A DNA stretch of 24,666 bases from Tubiluchus corallicola (Eukaryota; Animalia; Priapulida), in NCBI GenBank assembly GCA_030141605.1, contig JAQGDQ010001103.1:37935-62600 (forward strand). Direction: 5' to 3'. Numbering within the stretch: position 1 is the first letter of the stretch; each line of letters opens with the position of its first letter. Position numbers and translations under genes: made by a program. The notes under the pieces are model-generated. The model saw only the letters and a list, made by a program, of their open reading frames with translations. It ran no database searches and was not told where the DNA came from. Below are positions 22,262-24,666 of the stretch, one piece after another.

Positions 22262-22673
22262 TTATTCACACGTAATTTGTGCAGTATCGGTATCGGTAAA
22301 GTCTGAAATGTGCAGCCGTTGCAACTTTAACCATTTGGTTTGTTTATATGAGGTACTTCCATTAGCAAAATCTCGGAACCTCAGTAATGCACAATATAAT
22401 AAATTGCAGCCACTCGAACAACTTTTGACAACAAAAATGATAGTTTAATGGTGCTCATTCATTCTGAATACCAATGTGTGCCGATTCATTGAGTTTTGAC
22501 TTTCTGTATCACTGGAACGCTCAGTAATCCATGATGCAGTAAAGTCATCTGACTCACATTTCTGCTGTTAACAACTTGGATATTTGTTCTTTTATCTGAA
22601 TTCTATTTTCTCACACCTTTCTTCAATACCAGGAGTAAAATTAATAGTCTTGTTTGTATAGTGGTAGTACTTA
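22262..22673 (-). pseudogene. Decayed intronless ORF remnant of unknown function, cut off by the LTR
   Basis: One frame reads KYYHYTNKTINFTPG...CESDDFTASWITE...SCSSGCNLLYC...QITCE* with three internal stops. The final TAA is part of AATAAA. Confidence 0.3.
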
Positions 22674-23157
22674 TGAAGGTGACAGTAGCTGTTTATTGGC
22701 GCGAGGTGATGACAAAGCTATAAGATCTGGATTAATGACGACTAACACGTTTATTTCATAATATCATATTATATAAGAGTAAACATATAGCTATGCCAAG
22801 CCCCTGACCTGTCCAGCCTCCTTTCCTGAGATCCTAACCTGATCTGATCTCACTAGCTGACTTCTCCGAATTCCTGGCTTCCTGCTTGGCGTCAGGCTGA
22901 TGGCACACGCACGGGGAAAATGGGCATTGCACTGGCGCCAGACTGACTGTCCAGAATGGCTACTTCCATATTCGGGATTCTTAGTGGAGAGGCCATCACG
23001 TGACTGCTGCACCTTAATCTCGTGTTCAGCAGTCTGGCTTCCTAGGCGTCCTTTCTAGATATGTAACATATTTAATTATCAAACCACTAATCATATAACA
23101 TCTTTAATTACCGAACCATTAATCATTAGATATTTAACATTTTACCGATTCTCTTCA
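22674..23157 (-). mobile_element. 3' LTR (484 bp) of an LTR retrotransposon, probably Ty3/Gypsy
   Basis: Inverted termini TGAAG...CTTCA. Polypurine tract GAAAGGGAGGAG immediately precedes the minus-strand TG (23158-23169). Minus-strand AATAAA signals near 22692 and 22750. Confidence 0.75.
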
Positions 23158-23270
23158 CTCCTCCCTTTCTAGAAAGAAATTAATTCCCTCGGGGCTGGCA
23201 GGTTAAACTTGAACGTTAAAGTACATGGCATTAAATCTTTATCATATACATCAGCTAAAATATATGGCAT

Positions 23271-23371
23271 AAAATACATGGCATTAAATATCCATCCTAC
23301 ATTAAAATACATGACATTAAATATCCATCCTACATTAAAATACATGGCATTAAATATCCATCCTACATTAA
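23271..23371. repeat. 33-bp tandem repeat, 3 copies
   Basis: aaaatacatg(g/a)cattaaatatccatcctacatt x3, with degenerate copies upstream. Confidence 0.9.
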
Positions 23372-24158
23372 ATATTTGAAATTACTATAATCTGCTTTAC
23401 TATATCTAGGCAACCTGAATGCATTCTTGTGAGTATGGAAGCATGAGACGCGCTGCGCCCTTATATTAAGGTTACAACATTTTACAACACTGATAAGCAT
23501 GATTACGTGCGAATGTCTAGATTAAGCCTCTATATGCTGAGGTAATTATTATCTTTGCTGATTACATTATTCAAGGCTTCAGCAACATACATCATGGTTC
23601 AGTGTATATAATATCATTATGATAAACATTTTTCCTTACAATACTATAGTATCATTATGACCAAATCATCATGAGAAACATTTTTCCTTAAAATACTATA
23701 ATATCATTAATATCATTACCAAGTTAATATCCTTAATATCATTACCAATTTAATATCATTATGATGAACAGTTTTCTTTAAAATATCATTAATATCATAA
23801 TACAGTATATTATCCTAACGTTCATCATCATAGATCATAGTTTTAATCGTCATCATTATCTTTATTAGATATAGCTATACTAATAATAATTTTTTTTTGT
23901 TTTTCTTTAAGCACCCTTAGTTTAAGACACACAAGTTCACATCAATTACTTTGTATAACACATATCATGAGTTCAAAGTTCGAGGTACAAAGTTCATCAA
24001 GGTTTAAAGTATGTGTATATGCAAAGTTCATCAATGTTCAAAGTACGAGTATATTTTTAAACATATATTCAAGACACACACGAGTTCACATCTCATGAGT
24101 TCAAAATACATATCGTGAGTTCAAAATACACATCATAGGAGTTTAGAGTTCGTCAAAG

Positions 24159-24340
24159 TTCAAAATACAATCATTCAAAATACAAATCATGAATTCAAAA
24201 TACAAATGACAAATCAGAATTCAAAATACAATCATTCAAAATACAAATCATGAATTCAAAATACAGATGACAAATCGGAATTCAAAATACAATCATTCAA
24301 AATACAAATCCGTGAATTCAAAATACAAATTACAAATCAT
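24159..24340. repeat. 61-bp tandem repeat, 3 copies, built from ttcaaaataca subunits
   Basis: caaaatacaatcattc recurs at 24161, 24222 and 24283. Confidence 0.9.
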
Positions 24341-24348
24341 TCTCTACA

Positions 24349-24666
24349 TTATTCATTCTCTTCCCTTAGTTGAAAGTAAGCGTTTTGATCAGGGGTCAAT
24401 TGTGACGACTGGAGACGTGTCGCAAATGCAATTATAGCTTGATATAATGCCTGGAAATTGCTTTGAGCCGCCATTTGTGAGGTAAATCTGGAGGGCCATG
24501 TCATGGCAATCTCGTGGTTAAATCTTTGTATCCACATGGAGTGAAAAATAGCCACTTGATCAGGTCTCTCTAAGTTGAGACAACTTGAGTCATACAGTAA
24601 AATATTCGTTAATATTTCTAATTCGTTTTGAGATGGTCGGACTAACATAATAGCTTGTGCAGTTCT
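24349..24666 (-). CDS. C-terminal part of an unidentified ORF, likely the last ORF of the LTR element; 5'-partial
   Basis: The frame is open from the window edge (RTAQAIMLVRPS...) to the stop at 24349. No recognisable domain. Confidence 0.45.
   Translation of the reverse strand, partial: RTAQAIMLVRPSQNELEILTNILLYDSSCLNLERPDQVAIFHSMWIQRFNHEIAMTWPSRFTSQMAAQSNFQALYQAIIAFATRLQSSQLTPDQNAYFQLREENE

Larger units (their letters stand above)
23158..24666 (-). mobile_element. Internal 3' region of the LTR retrotransposon (PPT, long AT-rich 3' UTR, end of last ORF); continues beyond the window
   Basis: PPT adjoins the LTR, the UTR is repeat-rich, and a co-oriented ORF is open to the window edge. Confidence 0.6.

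Noticed and set aside
23062-23476. TGTAAC...GTTACA as a solo LTR
   Set aside because: There is no target-site duplication or adjacent PPT. The 22674-23157 boundaries fit the PPT and poly(A) signals better.

Overview
This is AT-rich metazoan (probably invertebrate) genomic DNA, not prokaryotic. The left part (1561-4200, +) holds the last four GT-AG exons of a C11orf54/PTD012-family (DUF1907) zinc ester hydrolase gene, among MITEs and minisatellites. Directly downstream (~5120-10840) is a mosaic of endogenous viral elements, all on the minus strand and all encoding surface or secreted proteins of apparently unrelated RNA-virus types. (i) A decayed phenuivirus/phlebovirus-like Gn gene, split by a 5'-truncated LINE and a 17-bp minisatellite and ending at the Gc signal peptide. 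(ii) A compact three-ORF cassette whose last gene is an open ~504-aa class I (paramyxo/pneumovirus F-like) fusion protein. (iii) A flavivirus-like E stem-anchor plus NS1-like fragment. An ~11.1-kb complex satellite follows (10841-21946; 64-, 68- and ~229-bp monomers, 1170- and 2528-bp higher-order repeats). After it come a decayed EGF-like exon, a decayed unknown ORF and the 3' end of a minus-strand LTR retrotransposon. The leading hypothesis is a co-oriented, glycoprotein-only viral archive resembling a piRNA cluster, with one possibly co-opted fusogen. All homology calls come from manual translation compared with reference motifs recalled from memory and need HMM or structure confirmation.
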